In this document: piece after piece, positions 23,863 to 36,284 of the stretch
Layout: each line of letters opens with the position of its first letter
Position numbering within the stretch: the first letter of the stretch is position 1
NCBI GenBank assembly: GCA_910592345.1
Contig: CAJVPI010000297.1
Location: 1 to 36,284 of the forward strand
Length of the DNA stretch: 36,284 nt
Origin: Paraglomus brasilianum
Lineage: Eukaryota
Direction: 5' to 3'
The notes under the pieces: generated by a model
Seen by the model: only the letters and a program-made list of their open reading frames with translations
Databases searched by the model: none
What the model was told of the DNA's origin: nothing
Program-made: the position numbers and the translations under genes

Positions 23863-25860
23863 CTAATATTCCACCTCATCAATATCACTAAGAGTCTCAT
23901 CCTCATCCATCGCTCCCTCAGCACCACTCTCTAATTCTCTCTCCCGCATTTCCTCCTCACCATCCACCAAATCCTCTCTCAACTCATCAACCTCCTCACT
24001 CATTTCGTCGTCATCATCCACCGGATCGTCCCTATTATCATTGTCTTGCTCATTATCGTTATCAACTTCATCTTCGTTTGTGTTGTTATCAAGATAATTA
24101 GTGGATGATGCAAAGTCCGAAACTTCGGGTTCACGCTTGACTTCAATTTCAGTTTCAGATTTGACTTTGTCGTCGTTGGGAAGCGATTGCGGTGAGACGT
24201 ATGAGGAGCCAACGTAAGAAGACATTTCACGTTCATAACGTTGTTTTTCTTTGTTATACATGTCAAAATATTTCTATATGGAGAAAATAAATTAGGGTTG
24301 TAGCATACGTGGTTATAATGTAGCTTACTATAAAGTAATTTCAAACTATTAGGTGACTCTTTTATGTTTATATCTATGGTTTATGTATGGCTGACGCCTA
24401 TTCGCTCAATATTATGCAGTCTTTCTATCTCACTCATTCCCTTTCTATCTTCATGCATCCCATTCTCCAAAACAAGCCTTACCTTTTTTTCTTCCGGCAC
24501 CAGATCTTTCCATCTTTGACTGAGGATCCTCGTGACGTCCTGAAACCCCTTATTAGCGTTTTCCTCTTTAGCTTGTTCGCGCTCAATCTGACAGTACATC
24601 AAGAAAGCATTTCGCGGACGTTTAGGTGCGTTGGGGTCTTTGTGTGCGCGTCTTCGTTTATTATTTCCTCCAGTTGGCACTTCTTCCGCTGTCCCTTCTT
24701 CTGTCTGTAAAAACAGTCGAGACGTACGAAGAACGGAATGATTTAGGGTGAAATTAAATCAATAACGAACGGACTTGAAATATTTGAACGAGAGATAATT
24801 CAATCAAGCGACACGGGCGTGATTCTCGAATTAGGGATATGGAAATTCCGGGTATCATATCGAAAAAAGGTACATTACGCAAATAAAATAACAAACAACA
24901 CAATGTGCTTATATATTGTGCTCTGTCGCAAGTTATGTACAATAACGTTCTCCCCGATTTCATCCTAATTCTCTTTTCAAATTTCTCCATCGCTTTCAAA
25001 CTTGCGATGCATCTTGTAACGGCTTTTCCGTAAACTCGACCAAATCCTTATGTTCTACACCATCACCCCTCTTCACACCCGTATCATCCTCTTTACTACT
25101 AACCGAACTCAAATCATCTTCAGATTCAACTTGTAGTGCGCGAGACGACTGCTCTGATTCAGAATCATTCAAAGGTTGAGTCTGCTCAAGGCGTTCGAAG
25201 AGAAAACTGAACGGTAATGGTAAGGGCGATGAGGGAAGTACGAAATTAATAAAATTTTGGAGTGGGAGGGAGGGAGAGAGAAGAAGATAATGAGTAAAAT
25301 AGTATGCAACCGGTGTGTTGAAAATAAAACTTAAAGAACATAAATAAGTACTGCAAGCTTGCATAAGTTTATTTAGGTTGATAAAAACATTGATTGAAAG
25401 TACACTGCACGCAGACTGGTTATTCTTCTACGTACCTTCGCTCTATTCGTAGTCTTTGTATGTTCTTCTTGGCTCTTGTCAACTTTAATGTTATTTTCTC
25501 ATTGTCCTATCGTCCAATAAAAGGATTTTTAGGTCAATTCACCCAATACTACTCGATGAAATCCGATCTTGCTTCTATTACCTCTTCCATCTCTCTGATC
25601 TTTTTTTTCAGCTCTTTGTATTTACGTCGGTATTTTATTTCTGTTTGAAGACAAACTATGCTTAGTTGTTTAAGAAATGAACAAGTACGATTCGAGGACC
25701 GTAATGTAAGCTGCGCTCACCGTCTGAGGCCGAGACTGCTTTAAAGGAGGGCTGTTTTAACTTTGACTATAGCAATAGAACAGTGTTGACGTGGTTAGCA
25801 GGCTTGTCGAAAGTTCATATGTAAAGCCAATGTGTTGTATGTACTAACCTTGGAAGACAT
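23863..25860 (-). CDS. NHP10: HMG-box protein, INO80 subunit NHP10-like, with acidic C-terminal tail
   Basis: Seven exons from ATG 25860 (MSSK). N-terminal coiled coil KYRRKYKELKKKIREMEE-DNEKITLKLTRAKKNIQRLRIERSFLFERLE; HMG box KDPNAPKRPRNAFLMYC...WKDL...EKQRYEREM. Confidence 0.85.
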
Positions 25861-27944
25861 TGTTAACCAGACAAGTGTCTATCTATATTAAGGATAAGTT
25901 ATGTTTTTAGAGTAGGTTATATATAACAAGAGTTGTTGGTAAGAAGAGTACGTTGATAACGATAATAGTTGGCTTTTATAATAGTACGAGTGGTGGTGAC
26001 AAATAAAGAGTGTTTTTCTAGTGAAGATAGTTGGAGTTGAAGAGAGAAATGAATGGGTAATTATAGCAGATTGTAAGTGTGAGAGAGGGTGTGACTATTA
26101 CCCGCTCGTCACTCTGATGGATAACAATGAATCTGGCATGGCAATCCAATTGATTTTCAGTTGATAAATTGTGACATCATTTCCGACATGCGGCACCATG
26201 TGGAAGAAATAGTAACAGGTGATATTAATATACGACTGTATTCGGGACACAACCGGACCAAGTAGCAATAGTAATAAATACCACTTCTCGAAAGCTTGGA
26301 GAGAATTTGGGTTAAGCAGTTGAATTTTCATCACCTTAAAGACGATACTAATACGTTCTTTAAGCATAAACGAAAATTGTATGTTGTTATTATTATTATA
26401 GTTATAAAATCGGAGTTTAAGCCTTATTATTATCCAATCAGTTTGCTTAACATGCCGTGCAACCAACGAGTGATTTTTGAAATAATCATTAAGATTTGTA
26501 ATTAGGTAGGCACGCAATTAATCGGTCTTGATATTTGGCTTCGGCCTTGGCCTTCTGTCTTGTGACAATCGATGACCTTGTCAGTTCTCGTTTTAATACT
26601 GTCTCTCCTATTATTATTATCTGGAATTATACAGACAATTGCAAGAGCATCGTACTTGTACTACATACCATTCATAGAGCATTTGCTATTGTAAAACTCG
26701 GCGTATTAGTTAAGGAGCGATTACAATGAACCGTGTATTTGTGAATTATCAAGACGCTTCTTTCTCATCAGAATCTAATTAATTGAACATTAAACTATTT
26801 ACAACATTAGAATGTTGAACACGATAAGAAGTAGAGAAACATTACTACCACCCGATTTTTAATAAATTACGTTACACTGTTAACCATGCGTCTATTATTT
26901 AATCTATAATGCTTTATTTACAATTACTACAAGTAGATTAATGGTGCAATGAGACTGAATGACAGATTGCGAAAATACGTGGATCCAAAGAGTACAGCCT
27001 CTCTTTGGTTGCATATCTAAATTCACTATTTCTTTGCTCTATCATCCTCGACACTATGCATTTTTGTCAAATTTGCTATCATCAACTTATCGCGTTTGCT
27101 GTTCGTGTCATGGAAGCAACGATTACCTTTCTTTCCTTTTGCGGCGTCGAATATCATTCTGTTTATGAAAAATCTAACGCTAAGATTCAGCCGTTCAGCT
27201 GATTCAAATCACCGATACTTTCTTTTATTTGTGATTTCACCGTGTTGTAAAGTCGGCTGCTATGGTTTATATGAAGCCAGGTAAATACCCCTATAAATAA
27301 TCCGCTTACAAAGTAAGCCTTGATTGTAAAGAGTTATATTATATTATCTTATCGTCTTGTAGAAGCAGCTTTTGTAATAATCTACGTTCATAAACTACGT
27401 CATCCTCGACCAAGTACACGATACTTATCTTCGACTAGAATACTCACAAGAGTATCTCCTGCCCGGGTAATTGCCTAAAAATTACAATTGTATAGAATGG
27501 TCGGAGACAACTCTCAAGTATATCAACACCACTTCGACATTGTATCAAAGTTCATATATCACTACCCTTCACCATTGACATGTTCATCCATTGGTAAGTC
27601 TGTAAACATCGTCGTGCCGTATAACCAACATAATCGTTCGCCGCGAGATATAACACCTAAAGCTTTAATCCCGAGTCGATAGAAAGACTTTTTCCTTGAT
27701 ATGGACAATTTTACGTAACATGACTTAAAGGTTAAAACGGAAATAACAAGTTACCTTGACGATGAATACAAATTGTCAAAGTCATAGTGTTATGGTCGAG
27801 TTGATAAGTCAAATTATGCTCAATGTAAACAATGTGACTAATATTTATTACATAATGCCGATATCTATAGACAAAAAACTAAAGACATAATTTTTCTGAG
27901 ATGGCAATTTTATTGAAATTTATTTGTAAAAAACTTGTCAATTG

Positions 27945-28807
27945 CTTCTACGAGCCCCGCGGTCTTGCAGCTCGAGACGGGTTGCGTCATTGTTGCGGTG
28001 GTTGCACCCTTTAAAACAGGTTCAGGTTGGTAGTCTTGCATCTCGAGGTGGGTTACGTCGTGGCTGAGTATTTGCCACAGTTGCTCTTAATATTGAAGCG
28101 AATATAATTAAATATATAACTTACGATAAAGAAGACATTACTGATCAAAACTTACTGGCTCCTTGGATCGATCGAGGGTTGCTGGATCGAGGCGTCCGAC
28201 AGTAGCGGTGGTTGAGGTACTAATTAAGGAAAGAAATTACTTTAGTCAAAAAGGTATTATCAATAAATAGATTTTTGTTTATTTACCTTGGAGCCCCCGA
28301 ACCACAGCTCCTCTTCGCCCTGGTCTCCTAGGCGGGTAAATAGCAGACGGAGGCAGAAAAGGAGATGCCTCTATTTAAAAAAGAAAATTTACTTTTAGTC
28401 GAAAGAATATTACAAATACAGAAATCGTGTTTATTGTTTATTTACTTACTTGGGTTCCAAATTTCTACCCAGGGCTTTCTCGCGGGCAGGTTTCTAGGCT
28501 GTATCCTATTCATTGAATCAGCTGCCCTCGTAACCCACGATGGAGTCATGTCAGGGCGTGTATAGAGGCCCAAACCTGGCATCTCATGACATCGTTGATA
28601 GAAGATGCAGAAGCGGTATGAGCCTCATCTGCCCTTTCTTCTCGGCGTATCCGCCGCCACTGATGGTACCAGGGCGAGAGTTGTCTTCTGTCGTCCCACC
28701 TCGGCAGGTCTCGCCAGCGCTGAAAATCTTCGATGCGCCTCGTGTACTCTTGGCGTCGAGGGTTTTCGGGGCGGCGCTTCCGCCAGTCGCGGTATGCAAG
28801 GTGTAAA
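27945..28807 (-). pseudogene. GC-rich multi-exon gene relic of unknown family (Arg/Pro-rich)
   Basis: GC-rich blocks separated by AT-rich GT-AG segments (28449-28371, 28286-28220). One frame reads LHLAYRDWRKRRPENPRRQEYTRRIEDFQRWRDLP...HALT*LHRGLRGQLIQ*IGY. May extend upstream to ~29315. Confidence 0.4.
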
Positions 28808-29689
28808 CCTAATGTAGAAAAGATAAATAAAAAATAGTTGACTTAAATACAGGAACACATTGTTCTGAAAGAAGTACTATACTTGTAGATACACTACGTA
28901 CGTATTACATCGATTTTTTTCAGAACAGCACATTATGTGCTTATTTGTTGTTGACTTAAAGGAAGCACTATATTTGTAAAGATGCTATTATTGCATCTTT
29001 GATTTGATAACAGAGCTTTGTGAGTCTTAAAAACCTTTCGGCGTTTTTTAGCTCAAGTTTGATTTCGCCAGTTTGCCGTTTATCTGTAATAATACTATTA
29101 ATTTATCTTATAAGTAATCAATAGAAAAACCAAGGCCTCAACAGTAATATAATGCATACCCGTAAGCAATTTTAATACTTTCTTGCGGCAAATTTTCTAT
29201 TTTGTAAGAATAGATGGTTGGTAATACCGGTTAGGTGACAACCCGTTAAAAAACAACTCGATACGGCCAGCGTATCAAAATATCGCTTCCAAAAGCAGCA
29301 CTAGCTTGTTCTCCATCCCTCGCCAGCTGTGTTGCCACAATCAAACTTGGAACGGAGAAAGTCGTTGGAGCGCTGTTAGAAGTCATAGTGAAAGAGTAAA
29401 AAGCGTAAAGCGCGCTCTTTGTTTACAGGAGGTATTTATTAAAAAAATTTTGTTTTACGTGATATTCCGCAGTTCACATCCTATACCCGATTAATCTTCA
29501 CCACTAATGGAACAATATAAAAAATCACCCCTTTGTAGTCGCTGGTATTGTATAATATTCAAAGTTTATATTTCCATATTCAGCATAAAGTGACCGAAAG
29601 ATGCGTGTATAATTACATGATTGTTGCATTAAAAATTATCACACATTCATTCTCCTCATTAATCAAAGTATGTAGAAGCTTATTTAAAA

Positions 29690-29790
29690 AAAGACCTCCA
29701 TAATAAACGTGAAATTTGTGAATATGTTAAACAACATCCAAAGCAAAGTATAGTGAACTAGTTAATGAGAAATTCATACTTTCTATAGAG
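29690..29790 (+). mobile_element. Possible CENP-B/pogo N-terminal HTH fragment
   Basis: NKREICEYVKQHPK followed by frameshifted ELVNEKFILSIE; short and degenerate. Confidence 0.3.
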
Positions 29791-30765
29791 TATCAGTTTT
29801 GCCTGGCCCGACGGTGTGACTGTGGGGGAGGTCGTATGGTAATTGAGGGAGAAAAAATTATTCTATTGTTCGCATATAATAGCGGAATATTAATATCAAA
29901 CAAGAGCACAATGAGTTGTGCTCCCATCACGAAACGTTCCTTAAAATTATGTTGGAATATAAAAAAAAGAGAGAATATAATAATAAACTCGATAGAATAT
30001 AAGCCGGCTTTTACTTCGGTTTGTTGCCATTATTTAAGTTTAATCTTACAATCCCATGAGCGCAAAGTAAGGAGGAGCGTGTCTCTCGATACACTCTTTT
30101 AACCTCGAATCCGCTAACGAGAATTTCAACATTAGCGTTCCAATAGCGGCAGCAACCGGTAATACAGCAGTTAAGAACTATGATATCAGATTCTCTTTAC
30201 CAATGCAATAATCAGCTTGCAACACACACTTTTTTATGCTGCTTTAGGCTTAACCCTTCCTCACTACATTTCGCTTGAGAATTACCTAAATATTCTTGAC
30301 CTGGACTGGATGTGGTCAAGGCAATACTAATGCAGGATGTGGCAGTTTTAATTCAACATCTGTACAAACATCTTTTGAAGAATGTTTAGGGACATGTGTT
30401 GTGCTGGGAAACATCTTTCATTGAGAATTTGCAGATACAATAATGTACACATCCCGCCATTCGTTTTCGGGGAGACTGTAATTAGAAGCGGAAGGGGACA
30501 ATTTAGACAACACTACAGAGCTTTCTCATATCGAGTTGAAACAATTGGAAATAAGTGGTTTAGTATACTGACAGTTGTGTAGTTATATACAGTAAATATG
30601 TTCACGTGATCGGCACCTAAATACTTTAACCATTTTCGTACCACATTTGGGTTTATAACCATCATCTCTTTCAGATCGGCTAAACGCCTATATAATAAAA
30701 CCTAAGTACGGTGACCGCACACACACACTCTCACTCACACTAGAAAGTTTTAACCAACATAAATC

Positions 30766-31983
30766 ATGGGTAATGACGGAGGCTCAATCCCTAAGCGCAT
30801 AGAGCTGGTTAAGGAAAAGAAAAAGGAAGTTCGTCCGGATCAAACAGCTTTAAAGATTGCGATCTGGTTTTTCTGTGCCCTGTCCAAGGTGTGTATTACA
30901 TTTAATTTAATGGTCTTGCAGAATGTATGTATTGTTTCCTTTGGCTTTCATGACACTCACATTCGTTGTACCCATTTCGCACTCAAGAGTCTACTACAAG
31001 ATCCTGTGGTAATATGTGCTCTTGGAAAGCTATATAATAAAGACGCTGTTTTAGAGTTCCTGCTGAACAAAGAGGCATACGGTGATGGCGACATGATCTG
31101 TTCTCACATTACAAGCATTAAGGTATTTGCATACTTCCATACCCTTCTTTCTCCCACTAAATGCTTTCAATTGCAAGTTGCATGCGTTATTTACCAGGCT
31201 CTCTCAATAGGATGTAAAAACACTGACATTAACACCGAACCCAGCATACAAAGAAACACAAATTTCTACGCTTGCTCAGTCAAATCAGGGAATGGTGTCT
31301 CGTTTTGTTTGTCCTATTTCAATGAAAGAAATGAATGGAAAGTCTAAATTTGTATATCTTGACACTTGTGGATGTGTTTTCTCTGAACAGGGACTCAAAC
31401 GAGTACCAGCGGGTGTATGCGTTAAGGTAAGGATCGAAACTATTTATTCTAAAATTCGATATTATCAACAAGATCTGCTCCATGATAGGATAAGCTTTTC
31501 TAAGTCTACAGCTTTTCCAACTAGTGTTCAAAACCATACAAACCAGAGAACATACGACAAATCAATCCTAGCCAAGAAGAACAGGAAAAGCTCAAAGCAG
31601 AGCTTGCCGAGAAAAGAGCAAAAGCTAAAGAAAGGAAGGAAAAGAAGGAAAGAAAGAAACAGAAAGGGAAACTCAAAGAAGCAAATGGAGAGAATTCGAC
31701 TGTTTTGAGTGAAAATGTCGGAACTAAACGTAAACTAGAAGATGACATGGAGGCTTCATCTCAGATAACCAAGAAACTCGCCATTGAACCATCTTCCAAT
31801 AGTGTCAACATATCATCAACATCTGCTGCTGCAGCTGTAAACCAAAGAGTCAAGGAACATTTAGTAAGTCGTAACAACAAAAAGAAATCCGAAGCAATAA
31901 GATCGATTTATAAAGAGAAGAAGGATAAGGACGTCACAGAAAGTTATTTAGTTAGGGGGACATTCAACCGCTATGCTGCTTGA
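30766..31983 (+). CDS. RTF2: Replication termination factor 2 (Rtf2 RING-like)
   Basis: MGNDGGSIPKRIELVK, CALS, LGKLYNKDAVLEFLL, HITSIKDV, FVCPISMKEMNG, CGCVFSE, C-terminal RGTFNRYA; four exons. Confidence 0.95.
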
Positions 31984-32214
31984 TGTAAGCGAAGTTAGAA
32001 CTTTGTAAGCAGCAGGGATTGCCATATTTATAGATAATCGGAACAAGTCATTTCTTTAGATCGTCGAGCCATTCCCTTGTTCGTACCTTAGCTACCTATA
32101 GCAGATAATCGTATACATATTTATTTTGCTATTGAACATAATGCTTACTAGTCTCGCCCCGCTCCTCCCTCCCCCTCTTCTCTTCAAATAATCTATTCCT
32201 ATTTCATCCGTTCG

Positions 32215-32922
32215 TTATATAAAGTCAGAAAATACCTCTGAATCGTTTGTCACGACAGCACCAATTTCATCAAGAATAACTTGCGACGCCTTTCTTTTAA
32301 TAAAATAATCATGAACATCATCGACATTTTGATGAACAAGGTACTGTCCTATGTCTGGTTCGTCAACATTCTCCTTGAGCTGTCTTACTGTTTGTAAAAG
32401 CGATTCGTTTTCTTTCTCTAATGCTTTAATACGTTCGTTGAGAGATTGATGTGCCACATAGGTCTTGCCAAGTTCTTCTACAAGTAGTTCGCAGTATGTT
32501 TCCGCCTTTTGTCGATCATCGGTGAATGTCGATGTGGACCGTAGCGGATTTACGTTGCTTTTCAACACGTCGAAGAGCTCTTGGTTCTGGGCAAGTGCAG
32601 CATTGTCTGTTGCGTTGTAATCCAAGATTTGTGAGCTATCTTGCTCTTGACAGAGCGCAGCATTCTTTACCGCACTGCAATCCGAGACGCGCGCATTCCA
32701 TTGTTTTTGATTAACTTGCGCTGACTCCTTTGACTCTGAACGTCTCGAAAGACGATTCCAGAACGATACAATGAAAGCATATGTTGTTAGAGACGATATT
32801 GCAATTATGTACAAGGTCGGCTGGTTCAGTTGCCCCCAGTCAAATCTTATGGATAATGCTTCTGCGTATGACATTAGTGGAATTAGACCTAGAAATGATG
32901 TATCGTTATAGAAAACCTGCAT
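32215..32922 (-). CDS. Hypothetical protein, 235 aa, one predicted TM helix plus coiled coil
   Basis: Long intronless ATG ORF; hydrophobic LYIIAISSLTTYAFIVSFW; heptad-like LNERIKALEKENESLLQTVRQLKE. Confidence 0.6.
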   Translation of the reverse strand: MQVFYNDTSFLGLIPLMSYAEALSIRFDWGQLNQPTLYIIAISSLTTYAFIVSFWNRLSRRSESKESAQVNQKQWNARVSDCSAVKNAALCQEQDSSQILDYNATDNAALAQNQELFDVLKSNVNPLRSTSTFTDDRQKAETYCELLVEELGKTYVAHQSLNERIKALEKENESLLQTVRQLKENVDEPDIGQYLVHQNVDDVHDYFIKRKASQVILDEIGAVVTNDSEVFSDFI

Positions 32923-33058
32923 ATTTTGTTATGGTAATCAGAAATTGACGCGTCTTAGGGGTCCTCTAATTTTAGGATATGTCGATCAGCCAATAGAATT
33001 TGTTGACATATCAATATATTATTGAAATTGGTTGGAGGTTTTTTTTCCTGCAATAACG

Positions 33059-33932
33059 ATGGGCGACGATTTCTATGTACGATATTAGTATGTATAACCA
33101 ACCTATGAAGTAAAATCTAGTGAACAGTAATCAATAGACAGACTAGTTCCGATCAGCGATCTCTAAACGCATGCCAAACGATCTCTAACTTACGTTCTGG
33201 AAACAGCACAGGTCACATGGGCCGATATGGTCACGAATTCTTGGAGTTTGAGTTCAGATCTGATGGTCGCTGTCGTTATGCAAACAACTCAAATTATCGT
33301 AATGACAGTCTGATACGGAAAGAAAGTACGTTTGATGTTGTCTCTGTTATTTGCTTTTACTTTGTTTACTGTTCTCATGTATCATTTCTGCGCTTGCCTA
33401 GTGTACGTCAGCCCGTTAATGATGAGAGAGCTTAAACGTATAATTATGGAGAGCGAAATATTAAAGTACGTATAATAGTTGTTGGTGTTTTACGTTATAG
33501 ACAATTCAGTCCGGGCATTGATTCATCCCGTCTGAAAATGACAGGGAAGATGATGCTCGCTGGCCGAAGAAGAACGTTGTTGGAAGGCAAGAGCTTGAGA
33601 TTCGTTTGGCGAGCGATCACATATCTTTTGAGGTTTGTTTCTGAAGATTACCCCCTTTGTTCATGATCCTAAGCTATCTGATTAACAAGCTTTTCGTGGT
33701 GAATTATATTTATTTCCAGACTGCAAAGATTGGATCACTGGTAGACGTTCAAGAGAGTGGGGATCCTGAGGGTCTTCGTGTTTTCTATTATCTTGTGCAA
33801 GATCTCAAGTGTTTGGTGTTTTCATTAATTGGATTGCATTTTAAGGTAAACTCTACGTTGATGCTCTCTGAATAGTCATTTTCTGGTTTTAACGTTTCTC
33901 ACTTTCCTGTTTATTAGATCAAACCAATTTAA
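33059..33932 (+). CDS. mago: Mago nashi, exon junction complex core subunit
   Basis: [80 protein letters not shown]; six exons. Confidence 0.97.
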
Positions 33933-34265
33933 TGACATATCAGATATTATTTAGTAAATAAATTCCGTTCCAGAGAAAGAGTCCGTTTTATTGACAGTCC
34001 GTTACGATGGTCCGCTTTCACTGTGTATATAGTATATACTGTCTTCGGTTTAATGTGAAATTGGTTATACAATGACGTTGCGCGTTTGGCCTTTTCTACG
34101 GACTCATCTAAGCGTCGAATTATATATTGCGTATACATTCTACATCATTTTCTGTTGTAAAATCTCTTTGTTCTAAGAATATCAATATGAAGAGGAAATC
34201 CGCCCCGTTTCACAGGGGTTGGAGGTATGACTGTATTTATTTATAATTTACCATTTTTACTACGT

Positions 34266-34375
34266 TAAGTTGTAAATTACGTCGTGTTATGTTATGCATT
34301 CATTACAAGCTGGCTAAGTTGTAAATTACGTCGTGTTATGTTATGCATTCATTACAAGCTGGCTAAGTTGTAAAT
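34266..34375. repeat. Perfect 49-bp tandem duplication (2.2 copies)
   Basis: TAAGTTGTAAATTACGTCGTGTTATGTTATGCATTCATTACAAGCTGGC starts at 34266 and 34315, with a partial copy at 34364. Confidence 0.95.
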
Positions 34376-34979
34376 GACTTTGTAAAAATTATCTATAATA
34401 TTACTACATGCAAGGAATGATCCGACATGGCAACGATGCATTGGTCCCAACACTGCTCGAGCCATGTGTACATGATCACATTATCGCTCAACAGCTTAAG
34501 ACCGCGAGTATCTCCCGTGTCATGTAGTAATTTATACAGAATAATACGCAAGTAAAACTTGTGGATTCTGTGGTTATATTCATTGGATTCAAGATGGTTT
34601 GTTTTCCCCAATGCAAAACAAACCTTGATACAGATATTAATGGTTTCTTCTTCGACATCTTACAAGAAAGGAGTCAGCTTAGGAGCTATTCCTTGTTATT
34701 ACCTAATATAGATTGCTTAATATGGAGTTTATTAGTAACGTGGTAAAATAATTAACATGTTCGATAATCGGATACTGATATTGTTGACCAATCAGACGAT
34801 GTGAGCGCGTGCACGGAATGTCAAGCTCAGATATTAGTTACCTTGTCTATTCACCTAATATCGGTTTCCCGCTTTCACATAGACGTTAGCAGTATGGCTT
34901 GTACTGAGAACCCAAGCAACTAGCAAATTCAGTAGCGGAATGTCCCAGGTATGACTTGTAAAATAAGTAATTAGCACCG

Positions 34980-35208
34980 TATGGCTCGGCTCAAAGAAAA
35001 TTTCCTCTGTTAAGCAATATTCCTAAAGTAAAAAGAACTTATGGTAAACGCAAATTAATATCAAGCGAGAATTACGCGAATACTGATAAAAGGATCAGAC
35101 AATCAAGCCATCTTCTACTTTGCGTCCTATCGAAAGTAATGCTAAAAAGAAATACGTACAATTGTTCCTCGATGCTGGACAGAATAACATTGGTCCAAGG
35201 AGTGTCAT
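34980..35208 (+). pseudogene. ECO1: Frameshifted 5' part of ECO1 (KRTYG motif, PIP-like motif, broken zinc finger)
   Basis: VKRTYGKRK, YVQLFLDAGQNNIGP and ECHMSY lie in three different frames, with no convincing intron to rejoin them. Confidence 0.65.
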
Positions 35209-36136
35209 ATGTCTTATAATAAAGGAACAGAAGATGATCTGATTCATGCAAAGTTTCATAAAGCTAGTGTTGGAAGCATTGATTATCCGGTGAGTTGCGT
35301 GGTGGTGCAAATGAACACGAGATATTGGATGCTAATACACATCATATAATAGGGATATAAGAATGAAGTTATGTTGCAAATTTATCCTGAAGACAACGGT
35401 AGTTGCATTGTAATGTTTAGTAATAATAAATACAGTGGGTTCGAGAGGCGTAAGGTAAGCCATTTCAGAGTACATGCTTTGGATACCGTATAACAATTGC
35501 CGTGATCACCGACATGTTTTCTTTTCGTTCTATACAAGCTGTTTGAAATATTAGACATAATTACTAGAGAATTAGGGTCAGTTGAAATACGCGAAGATAA
35601 GCTACTTTCGTCCAAGATATTCCTCTACGTCACCAGCAAGAAGAAAGTCGTCGGATGCGTTATAGCCGAACAAATCAAACAAGCATACAGAGCCACGCGT
35701 AGAACAGCGAGTAGTCATGCTAATGAACAGCTTGGAGATTTTTATGATGCATCTGTTGTATTCTACAGGTGAATAATATTTAATGCCCGAGTATGAGATG
35801 ACGTACCGCTAACCAAAATGTTCAATGCCAGGACGAAACCAATACAAGCAATCTGTGGTATCAGCCGCATATGGGTCTCCCGACAGTATCGTCGTAGAGG
35901 AATAGCAACAAAGCTATTGGATCTTGTCAGGTTGTCTTTTGCAAACGTCTATTGCATCAAATAGAGATGCCTCATGTGGTACTGACACCCTAGCATTTAT
36001 TATTAGAAAGAATTATATTTATGGATGTTGTCTTGATCGATCGGCGATTGCATTCTCGCAACCGACAGGAGATGGGAAAGCGCTAGCCACTAGTTACACT
36101 GGCACTAGCGAATTCCTTGTATATACAGAAGTATGA
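35209..36136 (+). CDS. ECO1: Cohesin acetyltransferase Eco1/ESCO (intact acetyltransferase exons)
   Basis: MSYNKGTEDDLIHAKFH, GYKNE, ELG, KIFLYV...VVGCVIAE, CGISRIWV..YRRRGIATKLLD and IAFSQPTGDGKALA; five exons in phase; stop 36134-36136. Confidence 0.9.
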
Positions 36137-36284
36137 GAGTAATATGGGTATTATGAAAGTAATAATTTTCGTTCTTTATTATTAAGTCAATTATGTAATA
36201 CAACGCGCGCGCATATAACACATATACAAATAATAATGTGTCATGCACGCTATATTCAATTTTCACGCTTATTCGAAGGATACG

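Noticed and set aside
23519..23866. 115-aa plus-strand ORF
   Set aside because: CT-rich low-complexity sequence antisense to the NHP10 3' region, with a non-ATG start.
26098..27682. Cluster of short ORFs on both strands
   Set aside because: No motifs, mostly non-ATG starts and no coherent exon chain.
13694..36136. Functional cluster of RNA-processing and chromosome genes (CAF1, RNase III, NHP10, RTF2, mago, ECO1)
   Set aside because: Unrelated housekeeping genes; adjacency alone does not show co-function without synteny or co-expression data.

Overview
Eukaryotic, AT-rich DNA with many short GT-AG introns. The gene and repeat content suggests an early-diverging fungus (Mucoromycota, Glomeromycotina/Endogonales-like); this assignment is an inference. 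The left ~13 kb is accessory or repeat-like. It holds a nonsense-disrupted transposase 5' end, a 4-exon Crinkler/PD-(D/E)XK-like pseudogene, an 83-nt pseudoknot-capable element, a TRP-like membrane protein gene, a Tc1/mariner deletion derivative with both TIRs, pogo-like remnants and an atypical non-RD kinase. The right part is mostly conserved genes: NIF3, CAF1/POP2, an intronless HSP20 with HSE/CRE promoter sites, a single-domain RNase III with a SIM-like acidic N-terminus, NHP10-like HMG, RTF2, an orphan membrane/coiled-coil ORF, mago nashi and ECO1. In ECO1 the N-terminal PIP/zinc-finger region is frameshifted while the acetyltransferase exons are intact. Exon boundaries were assembled by eye and family calls rest on recalled motifs; no searches were run.
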